From the NCBI RefSeq assembly GCF_009914755.1, contig NC_060927.1: DNA of 64,000 nt. One strand, 5' to 3'. A program made the position numbers and the translations under genes. The stretch comes from the human T2T-CHM13v2.0 reference genome, Homo sapiens. Under the pieces are notes generated by a model that did not search any database, had not been told where the DNA came from, and saw nothing but the letters and a program-made list of their open reading frames with translations. Positions 35,290 through 51,149 of this stretch are shown here, piece by piece. The stretch's first letter is position 1. Every line of letters begins with the position of its first letter.

Positions 35290-37548
35290 TAGAGTCATGT
35301 ACCACATAATGATGTTTCAGATAACAGACCTCATATATGATAGTGGTCCTATAAGATATAATAGAATTCAAAAATTCTTATCACCTAGAGACATGTAGCC
35401 ATTGTAACATCTTAGTGGAACACATTATTCACCAGTTTGTGTAAACAAACCTACTGCTCTGCTAGTCATATAAAAGTATAGCACATACAATTATGTGCAG
35501 TACACAGTATTTGCTAATGATAAACTACTAAGGTAATTGTTTATGTATTTATCATACTATGTTTTTGATCATTCTTTTAGAGTATACTTCTTCTATTTAT
35601 TTTTTTTAAAAATTTAATGTAAATAGCCTCAGACAGGCCTTTCAGGAGCTATTCTGGAAGAAGGCATTGTTATCACAGGAGATGACAGCTCCCTGTGTGT
35701 TATTGCCCAAGGACCTTCCAGTGAGACAAAATATGGAGATGGAAGACAGTGATACTGATGATCCTGACCCTGTGTAGGCCTAGGCTAATGTGTGTGTCTG
35801 TGTCTTAGTTTTTAACAAAAAAGTTTTAAAAGTATAAAAATAGAGGAGGGGGCAAGATGGACAACTAGATACAGCCAGGAAGTGCTGCTCCTACAGAGAA
35901 AGACAAGGATTTTGTCTAAACCAATGTAATTTGAACAGATCTTTGGAGAGAACACACCAAATGTGGAAGGTGAAAAGGCACAGACACTGAGGCTGAAGGC
36001 AAGGAAGCTGGGAAGCTGGGAATCTCGTGTGGGGTGCCTAAATGCTAGGGCTGGTTTCCTGCCTCCAACTGCACTTAGGGAAAGGGTGAGTGAAGAGGAT
36101 GGAGGACATCCCACTTGCACCATAGACCTCTGGGATCCTAGCTGCAGGAGACCCCACATCCCCCACAGATGCTTGAGCTAGCAGGGGCATTTCCCCAGAG
36201 ATTAGACAGAAATGGATCTGCAGCAAGCATGTGTGGGGTAGTTCCAGTGGAGCCCAGCCATAAGCACCCACCCCCACTGCAGGCTGCCCATCTCCCTCTA
36301 ATCTCCCAGCTAATCACCAGGAAGAAAGCAAGGCTTTCTTCTACATGGGACTGGGGCACATCTGCCCTGCAGTCTTGCCTGCCAGCCAACCCTTCCAGGG
36401 CTCCTGTCTGGCTGCCCTGCAGAAGCGTGCATACAGTGCAGGCTCTACTGCCCAACCTGGGTCTCTTGCTTCATCTGAGTGCATTCTGGCAGTTTGTAAG
36501 CCCTTCATATCTCTCAGTGCACCCAGAACCCAGTCCTGAGGACCTGGAGGAGGGAGCCACGAGCAGGTCCTGGTGTTCCAGGGTTGTGGCCAGTGGCTCC
36601 AGACTGCCAAGACAGGATCTGTGCCCGGCACTTGAGCTGGGGAGGAGCCCACATTCTCAGAAAGCTGAGAGGGCTGAGTCACACAGGTTCACAGGCTGGT
36701 GTGGAACCTAGGTATGCCTCCTTCCACAGGGCTTGTCAATAAGGGTGTGGCCTATCTCCCTACTGGACCTCTTCTGGAGGGAGCCTCAACGCCCAAAAGA
36801 CCTAATAACAACAATAAAATTGTGGGCACATTGCCAATGATGGGAGGTGGCTCCCCCAAGCCTCAAGAGTGGAGCTGGTGAGGTCACCTCTCTCCCCCTC
36901 ATACCATAGAACACAGGTGCAAATGTGAGGATACACAAAGGAGATGCATGGCTGAGTAACAACCTGTCGCCCATTGTCTCAAGCATCACCTACTGGATTG
37001 TAGCCCAAACTACAATGTCAAAAAACTAATTCTCCCACCTGCGAAACTAAGACCAAGCACTTAACAAAGACCCTGTACAAAGCTTTAGCCCTCTGAAAAC
37101 TTCCATAAATGAAGCCAACCGACTGTGTACTCAAATTTACACCACAGTTAAGAAATAAAAATCATCCCAGTGAGATAGAATCAGTGCAAGAAATCTGGCA
37201 ATTCAAAAAGCCAGAGTGTCCCCTTACCTCCAAATGAGCCCACTAGGTCCCCAGCAATGGTTCTTAACCAATCTGAAATGTCTGAAGTAACAGAGATAGG
37301 ATTCAGAATCTGAATGGCAAGGAAGCTCATCAACATCCAGGTGAAAGTTGAAACTCAATCCAAGGAAGCCAAACAATCCAATAAAAATGATTCAAGAGCT
37401 GAAAGATGAAATAGCCATTTTAAGAAAAACCCAAACTGAACTTCTTGAGCTGAAGACTTCATTAAAAGAATGTAATAATACAATCAGAAGTGTTAACAGC
37501 AGAACAGAGCAAGCTAAGGAAAAGATCTCAGAGCTTGAAGACCAGTTC

Positions 37549-37892
37549 TGTTAATGGTGGATGGTGTCCAGGTTCTTTGCATCTTGAAAAAAGAATCAGA
37601 CAAAATGCACAAACAAAGCAAGGAATGAATGAAGGGTTTTATTGAAAATGAAAGTAAACTCCATAGTGTGGGAGTTGGCCTGAGCAAAGCGGCTCTAAGG
37701 CCCTGTTACAGAGTTTTTGTGAGTTTCAATACCCTCTACTTGGGACACACTATGTAAATGAAAAGGATGAAGTGAAGTTACAGTTACAAAGTCATTTATG
37801 GCATATGCACTATGGAGAGGATATTTCCTGTTACAGCTGAAGTGTGAATCGGCCTTATGTTCCCTGCCTCCGGACCCTATTTTCCTGCCTCA
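37549..37892 (-). mobile_element. MER61-family (ERV1) solo LTR inside L1 ORF1
   Basis: Minus strand begins tgaggcaggaaaatagggtc; TG..CA termini; 4-bp TSD gttc (37545-37548, 37893-37896). Confidence 0.85.
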
Positions 37893-38889
37893 GTTCTTCA
37901 AATCAACTCAGTCGGACAAAAATAAAGAACTCTAAAAACATGAACAACATCTCTGAGAAACAAGGGATTATGTAAAGAGACCAAATATATGACTCACTGA
38001 CATTCTTAAGAGAGAAGGAGAGAAAATAAGTAACTTGGAAAACATATTTGAGGATTCAATCCATGGAAATTTCTCTAATCTTGCTAGGCAGGTTGACATG
38101 CAAATACAAGAAATACAGAAAAACGTGGCCAGACACTACACAAGTCACCATCCCCAAGGAACAGTGTCATCAGATTCAGCAAGGTCAACACAAAAGAAAA
38201 AGTCCAAGTTGGAGGGGGAGGAAAAAAAAAAATCTTAAAGGTAGCTAAAGAGAAAGGTCAGGACACCTACAACGGGAACCCCATCAGATTAGCAGCAGAC
38301 CTCTCAGCAGGAACTTATAAGCCAGAAGAGATGGGGGCCTATTTTCAGCACTCTTAAAGAAAACAAATTCCATCCAAGAATTTCATATCCCACCAAACTA
38401 AACTTCATGAGTGAAGGAGAAATAAAATTCTGCCAGGACAAGCAAAGGTTGAGGGAATATGTTTCAATAAGCCTTACAAGAAGTCCTTAAGGGAGTGCTA
38501 AACATGGAATCCAACACCTGCTACCACAAAAGCACACTTAAGCACATAGCCCACAGGTACTATAAAGCAACTACTTAATCAAGTCTACATAACAACCAGC
38601 TAACAATATGATGACAGGATCAAAACCACACATAGCAATACTAACCTTGAACATAAATGGGCCAAAAGCCCCACTTAAAGGACAAAAGTGGCAGACTGAA
38701 TAAAAAGACAAGACTCAACTATCTGTTGTCTTCAAGAGACCTATCTCACATGTAATGACACCCACAGGCTCAAAGTAAAAGGGTGGAGTAAGATCTAACA
38801 TGGAAACGGAAAGTAAAAAAGAGCAGGAGTTGCTATTCTTATATCAGATAAAACAGACTTTAAAGCAATAAAAATTAAGAAGGACAATG

Positions 38890-39104
38890 TGGAAAATAGT
38901 GTGGAGATTCCTTACAGAACTAAAAGTAGATCTACCATTTGATCCAGCAATCCCACTAGTAGGTATCTACCCAGAGGAAAAGAAGTCATTATATGAAAAA
39001 GATACTTGCACATGCACGTTTACAGCAGCACAATCTGCAATTGCAAAAATACGGAACTAGCCCAAATGCCCACCAATTAATCAACAAGTGAATAAAGAAA
39101 ATGT

Positions 39105-39143
<39 letters not shown>

Positions 39144-39545
39144 ACACACACACACACACCATAGAATACTACTAACCCATAAAAAGGAATGAAATAATGA
39201 CATACACAGCAACCTGGATGGAATTGGAGACGATTATTTTAAGTGAAGTAACTCAGGAATGGAAAACCAAACATCATATGTTCTCACTCATCTGTGGGAG
39301 CTAAGCTATGAGGACGCAAATGTGTAAGAATGATACCCTGGACTTTGGGGACTTGGGGGAAAGGGTGGGGGATGGCAGGGGATAAAAGACTACACATTGG
39401 GTACAGTGTACACTGCTTGGGTGATGGGTGTACCAAAATCTCAGAAATCACCACTACACAACTTATTTATGTAACCAAATGCCACCTGTTCCCCAAAAAC
39501 CTATTGAAATAAAAATTAAAATTTTTTTTAATAATAAATAAGGAA
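38890..39545 (+). mobile_element. Short 5'-truncated L1PB1 insertion
   Basis: Perfect 20-bp TSD aaaaattaagaaggacaatg (38870-38889, 39546-39565); L1PB1 3'UTR; (CA)n at ~39107-39160. Confidence 0.92.
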
Positions 39546-41477
39546 AAAAATTAAGAAGGACAATGAAGGGCATTACATAATGATAAAGGGTACAATCTGA
39601 CAAGATGCCTTAACTATGCTAAATATATACCCACCCAACATTGGAGCACCAAGATTCATAAAACAAGTTCTTCTTGGCATACAAAAGACTTAGGCAACTA
39701 TACAATAATCGTGGGAGACTGCCACACCCCACTGACAATGTTAGATGAATCACTGAGACAGAAAATTAACAAACTCTGGACTTAAACTTGACACTTGATC
39801 AACTGGACCTAATAGACATTTACAGAATATTCCACCCAACAACCACAGAATATACATTTTTCTCATCTGCACATGGAACATATTCTAAGATTGACACATG
39901 CTCAGTCATAAAGCAAGTCTCAAAAAATTCAAAAAAATTAAAATCATACCAGGAACACTCTGTGGACCACGGTGAAAAAAAAAACAGAAATCAATATCAA
40001 GAAGATCTCTCAAAACTACACAAATACATGGAAATTAAACAACTTACTTCTAAATAACTCCTGAGTGAACATTGAAATTAAGGCAGACATTTTTAAATTC
40101 CTTGAAATTAATGATAATAGACACACAGCTTATCAAAATCTCTGGGATGCAGCTAAAGTAATGTTAAGAGGAAAGTTTTATAGCCCTAAACACCTTCATC
40201 AAGAAGTTAGAAAGATCTCATATTAACAATCTAACTTTCTGCCTAAAGGCACTACAAAAAAACAAAAAGAGAGAAAAATGAAACAGGACAAACCAACTCC
40301 AAAGCTAGTAGAAGAAAAGAAGAAAAAACTAAAATTTGAGAACTTAATGAAACTGACATGCAAAAATCCATACAAAAGATCAATGGAACAAAAAGTTGGT
40401 TCTTCAAAAAATAAATATGATTGATAGACTGCTAGCTAGATTAACAAAGAAAAAGAGAAAATCCAAATAAACACAATCAGAAACAGCAAAGACAGTATTA
40501 CAACTGATCCCACAGAAATACAAAAGATCCTCAGAGACTCCTATGAACAACTCTAGGCACACAAATTAGAAAATTTAGAGGAAATGGATAAATTCCTGGA
40601 AGCACATAAACTCCCAAGATTGAATCAGGAAGAGACTGAAACCATGAATAGACCAATAACAACTTCTAAAATTGCATCAATAATAAGGAACCTACCAACC
40701 ATAAAAAGTCCTAGACCAGATGGATTCTACTGACATACAAAGAATAACTGATACGAATTCTGCTGAAACTATTCAAAAAAATCGAGGAGTAGGAGCTCTC
40801 CTGACTAACTCTATGAAGCCAGCATCAGCTTGATACAAAAATCTGGCAGAGGCATAATAAAAAGAGAAAACTTCATACCAATATCCCTCATTAACATAGA
40901 TGCAAAAATCCTCAACAAAATATTAGCATACTAAATCCTACAGCACATCAAAAAGTTAATACACGACAATCAAGTAGGCTTTATTCCTGGGATAGAAGGC
41001 TGGTTCAACATACACAAACCAAAAAATGTTTCACCACATAAACAGGATCAAAAACAAAAACCATATGATTATCACAATAGACACAGAAAAGCTTTCCAAT
41101 AAAATACAATATTCCTTCATGATAAAAAACCCTCAACAGATGAGGCACCAAAGAAACATACCTCAAAAAAACAAGACCTATCTATGACAAACCCACAGCC
41201 AACATTATACTGAATGGGCAAAAGCTAGAAGCATTCTCCTTTAGAATTGGAACAAGACGAGGATGCCCACTCTCACCACTCCTATACAATATAGTACTGG
41301 AAGTCCTAGCCAGAGCAATCAAACAGGAGAAAGAAATAAAAGGCATCAAAAGAGGAGACAAAGTCAAACTATCTCTCTTTGCTAATGATATAATTCTATA
41401 CCTGGAAAACACTGAAGACTACCAAAAGGCTTCCAGGCTGATAAGCTAAGTCAGTAAAGCTTCAAGACACAAAATCA

Positions 41478-41962
<485 letters not shown>

Positions 41963-43695
41963 TCAGAGATGATACAAATAAATGGAAAAACATCCCATGC
42001 TCATGCATTGGAAAAATCAACATTGTAAACATGGCCATATTGCCAAAGCAATTTACAGATTTGAAGCTATTCCTATCAAACTACCAACATCATCCTTCAC
42101 AGAATTAGAAAAACTATTCTAAAATTCATATGGAACAATAACAAAAAGCCCATATAGCCAAAGCAGTCCTAAGCAAAAAGAACAAAGTTAAGGCATCACA
42201 CTACCTGACTTCAAACTGCCCTATAAAGCCACAGTAACCAAAACAACTTGGTATTGGTACAAAAACAGACACATAGACTAATGGAACAGAATTTAAAAAC
42301 TCAGAAATAAAGCCACACACCTCCAACCATCTAATCTTTGACAAGGTCGACAAAAACAAGCAATGGGAAAAGGATACTCTATTCAATAAATTGTGGTAGA
42401 ATAACTAGCTAGCCATATGCAGAAGATTAAAGCTTGATGGCTACCTTTCACCATATACAAAAATTAATTCAAAATGGATCAAAGATTTAAATGTAAGTCC
42501 TCAAACTATAGAAATCCTGGAAGACAACCTAGAAAATAGATTCTTGACATCAGCCTTGGCAAGGAATTTTTGGCTAAGTTCCCAAAAGCAACTATAAAAA
42601 CAAAAACAAAAATTGACAAGCGGGACCTAATTAATGAGCTTCTGCACCAACAAAGTAAACAGATGGCCTACAGAATGGGAGAAGATATTTGCAAACTCTG
42701 CATCTGACAAAGGTCTAATATCCAGAATCTACAAGGAACTTAAGGAAAAAACAAATAACCCTATTTAAAAACGTGCAAAGGACATGAATAGACACTTCTC
42801 AAAAGAAGACAAACAAGTGGCCAAAAAACATGAAAAAATGCTCAGCATCACTAGTCATCAGAGAAATGACAATCAAAACCACAATGAGATGCCATCTCAC
42901 ACCAGTCAGATGACTATTATTAAAAAGTCAAAAAACACCAGATTCTGGCTAGGCTGAAGAGAGAAGGGAACACTTCTACTTTGTTGATAGGAATGTAAAT
43001 TAGTTCAGCTTCTGTGGAAAGCAGTCTGGAGACTTCTCAAAGAACTTAAAAGAGGACTACCATTTGACCCAGCAATCCTATTACTGTGTATATACCCAAA
43101 AGAAAACAGATACTTCTGCCAAAAAGACATATTCATTTGTATTGTTTATTGCTGTGCTATTCGAAATTGCAAAGACATAGAATCAACCCAGGTGCCCATC
43201 TATGGTAGATTGGATTAAACAAATGTGATACATATACACCATGGAATACTACACAGCCATAAAAAAGAATGAAATAATATCCTTTGCAGCAACATAGATG
43301 GAGCTGGAGGCCATATCCTAAGCAAATTAATGGAGAAAAACTAAATACTGCATGTTCTCACTTATAACTGGGAGCTAAACACTGAGCACACATGGACATA
43401 AATATGGGAAGAGACACTGAAGACTACTAGGGAAGAAGTGAGTGGGAGCATGGGTTGCAAAACCTCCTATCAGATACTGTGCTCATTACCTGGGTGATAG
43501 GATCCATATTCCAAACCTCAGCATCACACACCATTCCCATGTAACAAACCTGCAAATGTGCCCCCTGTATGTAAAATAAATATTGAATTTTTTTTTAAAT
43601 AGGAAAATAAAAATAAAAAATTTAAAAATAGAAAAAAACTTACAGAGTAATAATATAAACAAAGAAAATGTTTTTGTATAACTATACAATGTGTG

Positions 43696-43899
43696 TTTTG
43701 TTTTTTGGTTTTTGGTTTTTTTGGGGGGGGGGTTGGTGGTTTTTTCTTTTGTTTTTGAGGCACAGTCTCACCCTGTCACTCAGATTGCAGTGCAGTGGTG
43801 CAATCTCGGCTCACTGAAACCTCCGCCTCCTGGGTTCAAGCAATTTTCATGCCTCAGACTCCTAAGTATGTGGGATTACAGGTCTGTGCCACCACGCCC
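43696..43899 (-). mobile_element. 5'-truncated Alu (right monomer only)
   Basis: Right-arm sequence with a T/G-rich tail on the plus strand. Confidence 0.85.
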
Positions 43900-44060
43900 T
43901 GTGTTCGCGCTTGAAGCTAAGTGATATGAAGGAATAAAAAAGTTAAAATTAAAAAGTTTCTGAAGTAAAAATATTATAGTAAGCTAAGATTAAACAAAGT
44001 TAAAATAAAGAAAAAATTTTTAATAAATTTAGTGTAGCCTAAGTGGTATACAGTGTTTCT

Positions 44061-44432
<372 letters not shown>

Positions 44433-45974
44433 TAACTTACCCAGAGCAACTTCTAGTCCTGCAAGCTCCATTCATGTTAAGTGCCCTATACAGATATACC
44501 ATTTTTTTCATCTTTATACCATATTTTTGTTGTACTTTTTCTATGTTTGGATACACTAATACTTACCATTCTGATACAATTGCCTACAGTACTCAGTACA
44601 GTAACATGCTATACAAGTTTGTAGCATAGGAGCAATAGGCTAGGTGTTTAGTAGGGCTATACCATCTAGGTTTGTGTGAGCATATGGCCTAGGTGTATGG
44701 TAGACTATCCCATCGAGGTTTGTGTCAGTACACTGTATGATGTTTGCACAATGACAAAATTATCTAACAATGCATTTTTCAGGGAGTACCCCGTCATTAA
44801 GTAACACATGATTGTATATTAAGATATCAACACACACAAAAAAATAAACACAAAGGTATATTTAAAGTGTGAATAACAGAAAATGCCCTATCGAACAATG
44901 CACACACTGTGTTAACTCACAGAAGACACTAAAGATTGCTGAGCTACGTCCGCCTTCAACACTTCTGTATTTTACCTTCAATCATTAGCACTGTACTTTT
45001 TTGGACACTTCCCAGGGATTACACTGCATCAGCTTCATATCAATGGAATGAGCTCTGACCCAAACACACTACCATGGAGAACTCCCCGAAGAAGCTGCTG
45101 GCCATTTACACACATGGGCTTCTGAGACCCGTTTTTTTTTTTTTAAACCTGACCGTTAAACTTACTCTGGTTGAAAACACTTCTTAGGAAAAATTTATGT
45201 CAGTAAATGCCTGTACCCAGCCACATTTTAGGACGACAAATCTTTAATAACCACGAGGTATCTTCAACGTCAATACCGAAAGCAAAGTATTGTCCTCCAC
45301 ATTAATTTGGGGCTCAGCAGCAGTTTACTTCCCTCTACCTTCCAGAAAGTTCACTAGATATTTTCATAAAGCTTTGACAGTCAAAAAGCTCAGTTCCTTT
45401 TCTTCATCAGAGGTTGTTTCAGGGATCTGACATCATCAGAGGTAAAGACAGGTCCCTAATGCCAGTAAACCATTTGCCTTTGAGCTTTCTCAGTGTAGGG
45501 TCTATGGTTTATTCAACTCTCTGACTCTTGTACCCAACTCATACTGTGGCACAGATAGTAGACCCAAAAGAAGGCTTAACTTGAAGTGAATATATGGATA
45601 ATTTATCATGAGAAATAGAATATCCAAGAGTATTTACACATCTCAGCTAATCAACATGAGCACTTCTAAGGGAGAAATCCAATTAAGATCAGAAGATAGC
45701 CTAGATACAATCAGAAAATATGATCTTAAGAGATTTTAAGAGACATTTTCGTAAAGGTGCAGAATCTTGGTAAATCACCTCATGAGGTATAACATGTAGC
45801 AGGAATATATTGGCCGAGCTAATGATATTAATAGTTACAGTTGATAAAAATTTTAATATGGGTCCCAGGAAGATGAAGGAGTGGAAATATACCTTTTCCA
45901 TTTTTTCAAGTCCCCACATAAAATGGAAAGAAGGACTACATAGCGAAGTAAAAAAAAAAAAAAAAAAAAAAAGG

Positions 45975-46060
45975 TGTTGTTCAATTAGTAAATAAATATT
46001 ACTCATTTTTTGGTTGTTGTACCAAAAAATGAGTAATATTCATTTACTAATTGAACAACA
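45975..46060. repeat. Near-perfect inverted repeat (40-bp arms, 6-nt spacer)
   Basis: 45975-46014 is the reverse complement of 46021-46060 at 39/40 positions. Confidence 0.97.
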
Positions 46061-46360
46061 AGGTACTCCTATAAACCACAACATACACATGGGTAGTGGT
46101 GAACCACTAACAGCCAGAAAACCTGTATGGTATTAGCATTTCTTTGGTAGGAAAGATAACAAGCAATTAGGCACCTTCTGACAGATGTAACAACAGAATC
46201 CTTTTATCAGTTCATGTCTTCCAGGAAGGAGATCCTGAAAAAAGAGCTAGGAGTGCTACAGAAGGGTGGAACAAAGAGAGAAACTGCTGTGAGTGCAAAC
46301 AAAATTGAAAAGAATAGGAAAAAAGGAACAAGAATATCTACACCAAAGTAGGGTAGGTGA

Positions 46361-46718
<358 letters not shown>

Positions 46719-47211
46719 TAAAGGAAGGAGTTCTGTAATATTATGAAAAACTTTCCTGAAACCCACCCTATTCCAAAAGTTCAGGAAAAGTAATTTCACA
46801 TTGAAAAATGAGCTAAAGAAAAGTATCAAAGTAAAAACTCAAACAAAGTTGGTATTTGAAAAATGACAATAAGAAGCTGAATCTAATACATACACACTTG
46901 GGATGGTTCATGCTCGTATCTGAGAATGTATAATCTTTGTTTTTGTTAATACCCTCTCCACACTAATAACCATAGACTATAAAAAATCTTGCACAAAGAG
47001 AATATACACAATATTTCCAAGAATTGAACAATGAACCAAGCAGACATACAAGGGTCAGAATTAACAAGAGAGCTAAAATATTCACAGGGTGGCCTTGCCT
47101 GACTCTGTTACTTGACATGGTACAGGTGACCTTATTGTCAGCCTAAAAATCCACATTCACTCTTCAAGTCTTAGCTAAAATATCAGTTTACTTTCCCAAG
47201 GCAGAGTACAG

Positions 47212-47670
47212 TCAGGGATTATGAAGGGTCTAGGATTTTACTCTACTTACAAGCTAACAAATTAACCTATTACTGTTCATGGATCCTGGCAGAAGACATG
47301 AGATTCCTAGATAGGGACCAAGGACTTCATTACTTACAGCAAAAGTAGTAGCCAAAGCTTCATGTTCATGCCAGTTCCTCACATCCTCCAAGTCTCACAG
47401 AAAAAAACAACATTGAGTTAGAGACCATGGCCTACACATGCAGTAGGTTGCTTTACAGGAGAGAAACACTAAACTTGGAGATTCAGCACTTTCACAGTTA
47501 GCAAGCCTATTCTTTGGGGGAAGAAGTTACCTAAACCCTCAAGGTTGCATACTGCAAACCCAACCCTGAGAATGGCTTAGGTAGAGATAAATCAGAAGCT
47601 TTCATTCTTGGTATACCCAGAAGGAGTATATGGGGATACTCAGGGCCCATGGAAGATTGCATCTTATAAA
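47212..47670 (-). mobile_element. ERVL-type solo LTR (LTR47-like) within an L2
   Basis: 'atgaagggtctaggattttactctacttacaagctaac...cccatggaagattgc'; family recalled from memory. Confidence 0.5.
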
Positions 47671-47679
47671 CTTCTTTAT

Positions 47680-47875
47680 TTTTTACTTAGCTTATATCAT
47701 GTTCTAACTATCCACTTGCATGTCCTTCTTTTCAAGTATACTTAGAATTCCTTAAGGATGAAAACTGTTTTATTTATTTATTTATTTATTTATTTATATT
47801 TAACTCCAGCAACTACCTAGCACAGTGTTTAGTACTTAGTAGAAACTCTAAGAAAACAATGGATGTATTGAGTAA
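47680..47875 (+). mobile_element. L2 3' end
   Basis: 'acctagcacagtgtttagtacttagtag'; contains (TTTA)n. Confidence 0.6.
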
Positions 47876-48044
47876 ACTCTATCATGGTTACAGTGACTTG
47901 GCTTTCAAGCACTCTTCTTGATGGGAGGGTACCTACTGGTGGGCATACTCACCCTCAAGTCTTTATTAACTGGTCTACCCCTTATGGCCCAGGCTTTTGG
48001 ACATACATGTGGAAGTGGGAAACATGGCTCTGACTTCAAGTAGA

Positions 48045-48145
48045 ATATATATATACACACACACATATACATACATATATATAATGCACACACATATATA
48101 CATGTGTATATATACACACATATACAGCCATATACATATATATGG
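48045..48145. repeat. Degenerate (TA)n/(CA)n simple repeat
   Basis: atatatatacacacacacatatacatac... Confidence 0.85.
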
Positions 48146-48699
48146 TTATAAATTCTTAAAATGAAATGCAATCTATATTAATAATAATACAGTCCAGAAA
48201 TGCCGAGGAATCTTCAAATGGAGAAAAGCAACTGAACTACACTACTTCATCCTGTCTGAGACTCTTTCCACTCCTCTGAATCTTCTTGCAGATTACTAAT
48301 GCCTTCATCATATTTGCCTCTAGGTTGTGAAGTTGTGCTACTTTGTATTTAACTCTCTACCCGATGCTGTGAAAGTGCACCTTTTCTTTATGTCCAGTGG
48401 CACAGTGGGAAAAGACTAGAAATTCAAACATGACTTTACTAAATGCCAAGGCGTATCAAAGGGGAAACAAACAATAACACAGACCTTTATTGGCTTATAC
48501 AAATAGTAACTTTCTCTCTCTTGCAGGCCCAATTTCATCTTTTAGAGCCTTAGGCAAAAAGGGTGGCCAAGAGTTTCTAGCTTTTAAGACACTGAGCTCT
48601 ACTTCTTGTAATGCATACCATCCCTTCTTCTGGACTAGAAGTTCCCATGTTTGTAAGAAAAAATTTTGTTATAACGGCTCTTTCTCATACTTTTGGTAC

Positions 48700-48933
48700 C
48701 AAGTTTTTCTCATGCTGCCATCTTGATTATTCTTCCACATCTCTCTTCTACTTTTAAGATTTATTACACTGGATCCACCTAGATAATCCAGGATAATCTC
48801 CTATTTTAAAGTCAGATGGTTAGTGAACTTAATTTCATCTACAACCTTAATTTCCTTTGGCCATGTAACGACATTTACAAGCTCCACGACTAGAATGCAG
48901 ACATCTTTGGGAGCCCCTATTTTGTCTGCCATA
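48700..48933 (-). mobile_element. MLT1C/D-like LTR fragment
   Basis: 'ccacctagataatccaggataatctcc...aaccttaatttcc...ttttgtctgccata'. Confidence 0.7.
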
Positions 48934-49520
48934 ATACGTTTCTCAAAAAAAAGGAAATCACTGTCAGAAGTTAGGAAATATTAGGGAGGAATGCATCATC
49001 TCCACTACTTCTGATGTTTCCTTCCCTGGAGGAGCTCGGTAACTATAATTATGGCATCTCTCTGCTCACAGGAGATGAAATGGTTTATCTTATTGGTAAA
49101 CTTAGGAAGAGTAAATTTGGCATGCTTGGCTCAGAACCTCCCATTTTTCCTCTGGGGAGCAAACTGCTTATGGAGAGCACACATTTCACTACTCCTCCAG
49201 GGAATCTACCCCAGCAAGCACAGGTTGGGGGTGAGGTTCACCCCAAACCTGGCCTTCCTGAGGTGGCGAGGTAGAGAGAGAGAGCCTGCTAACTTGGGGA
49301 CTTGGTGTCATTTGGCTAACAAATCCTCCAGTTTGGCCTCTATCAGAGGGTGATATTTTGACCCCATCACCCAACTCTTTTGTTTTATTCCTCAAACTGT
49401 TCAAGAATCCAGGTGGAAAAGGAGAGTACCTTTATTGAGACTCCATTACAAACCTCAAGAGAAAGCACTTACTTCGATGATGCTGTTTATTTTTCCAAGA
49501 TGTCTCATTTCTCCATATGA

Positions 49521-50140
<620 letters not shown>

Positions 50141-50209
50141 TCTTATAACATATTTGCATACTCCATTGTATTTAGCATAGAAATACTAAAACAATTTTTT
50201 TCATGAAAC

Positions 50210-50320
50210 AGGGTTCTCTGAAGCAGGGACTATATCTTATTCAGTTTTGTACCCTCAAGAACAGCATAGTGCCTAGCACAATAGAGATTAACACGTTTGC
50301 TGTATGAATAAATGAAATAA
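50210..50320 (+). mobile_element. L2 3' end
   Basis: 'gcagggactatatcttattc...agcatagtgcctagcaca...tgaataaatgaa'. Confidence 0.7.
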
Positions 50321-51149
50321 GAAATGAAGCCAAAAACCAAGGTAAGAAAATTGTTCTGCCATATAGCACAATTTGCTTTACTAAACTTAAAAGCCTTTAC
50401 TACGGATTAGTTTCCACTTGGCCAGAAAGTCAATAAAATATGTTTTTTAAATTAATGGAAAAGGCATTTTGTGCAATTTAGCATTGGAAACTATATTTCA
50501 AAAGTAATCCCAAAGCATTTTTAGCTGTTGCCTGAGTCAATTATGAATCTTTGCTGCTCTCTAGTGGGAGAAAACGTAAAGCACACAAAGGTGATGTCCT
50601 CAATTGGCTGGCATATATTTTTTAAAAATCAAAATAACTTTTCTACTCTGTCTCACATGTTTTCAGAAAAAAAGTTTCAAAACTTGCATTATTATCTCAG
50701 GTAACAAATTCTTTGCATTCCTAACCTACTCCCTTTGGGAAATCAGTCATATTAAGTATAATGTTTCACTTTTTAAAATATGCCCCAATTATAACAAATT
50801 GCAAAATAAATAAGATATGAAAATTGGGGAAAAAAAGGTCACAGGTGCAGAATGACATTTAGAAGTATAACAAATTTCAAGGGTACTTTTGTTCCACTAT
50901 TACTTCAATGTTTGCGGATAATCCCTCTGGTGTCTAACCTCAGTTTTTAATCCAATTTCAGATTACTGAAGTTCTGCAGAGGAGTCACAAAGAGTTCTCA
51001 ATTCAATCCAGAAAATTTTCTGAGCACTGAGAATGGGCAAAAACTGGGAAAGGGAAGGTTAGTGTAGTATATCAAAATGAAAAATACATTATCTCTGCAT
51101 GAGGGAAGGTACATGGACACAATACCACTAAGTAGAATGGAAAGCAAAC

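Noticed and set aside
35812-36989. GC-rich ORF cluster or CpG-island gene (up to 180 aa)
   Set aside because: Lies within the 5'UTR of the old full-length L1; CpG-depleted; no recognisable protein
49466-49520. Minus-strand exon '[12 protein letters not shown]' ending in gtaagt
   Set aside because: Good donor but no plausible acceptor; upstream is the A-tail of a sense Alu
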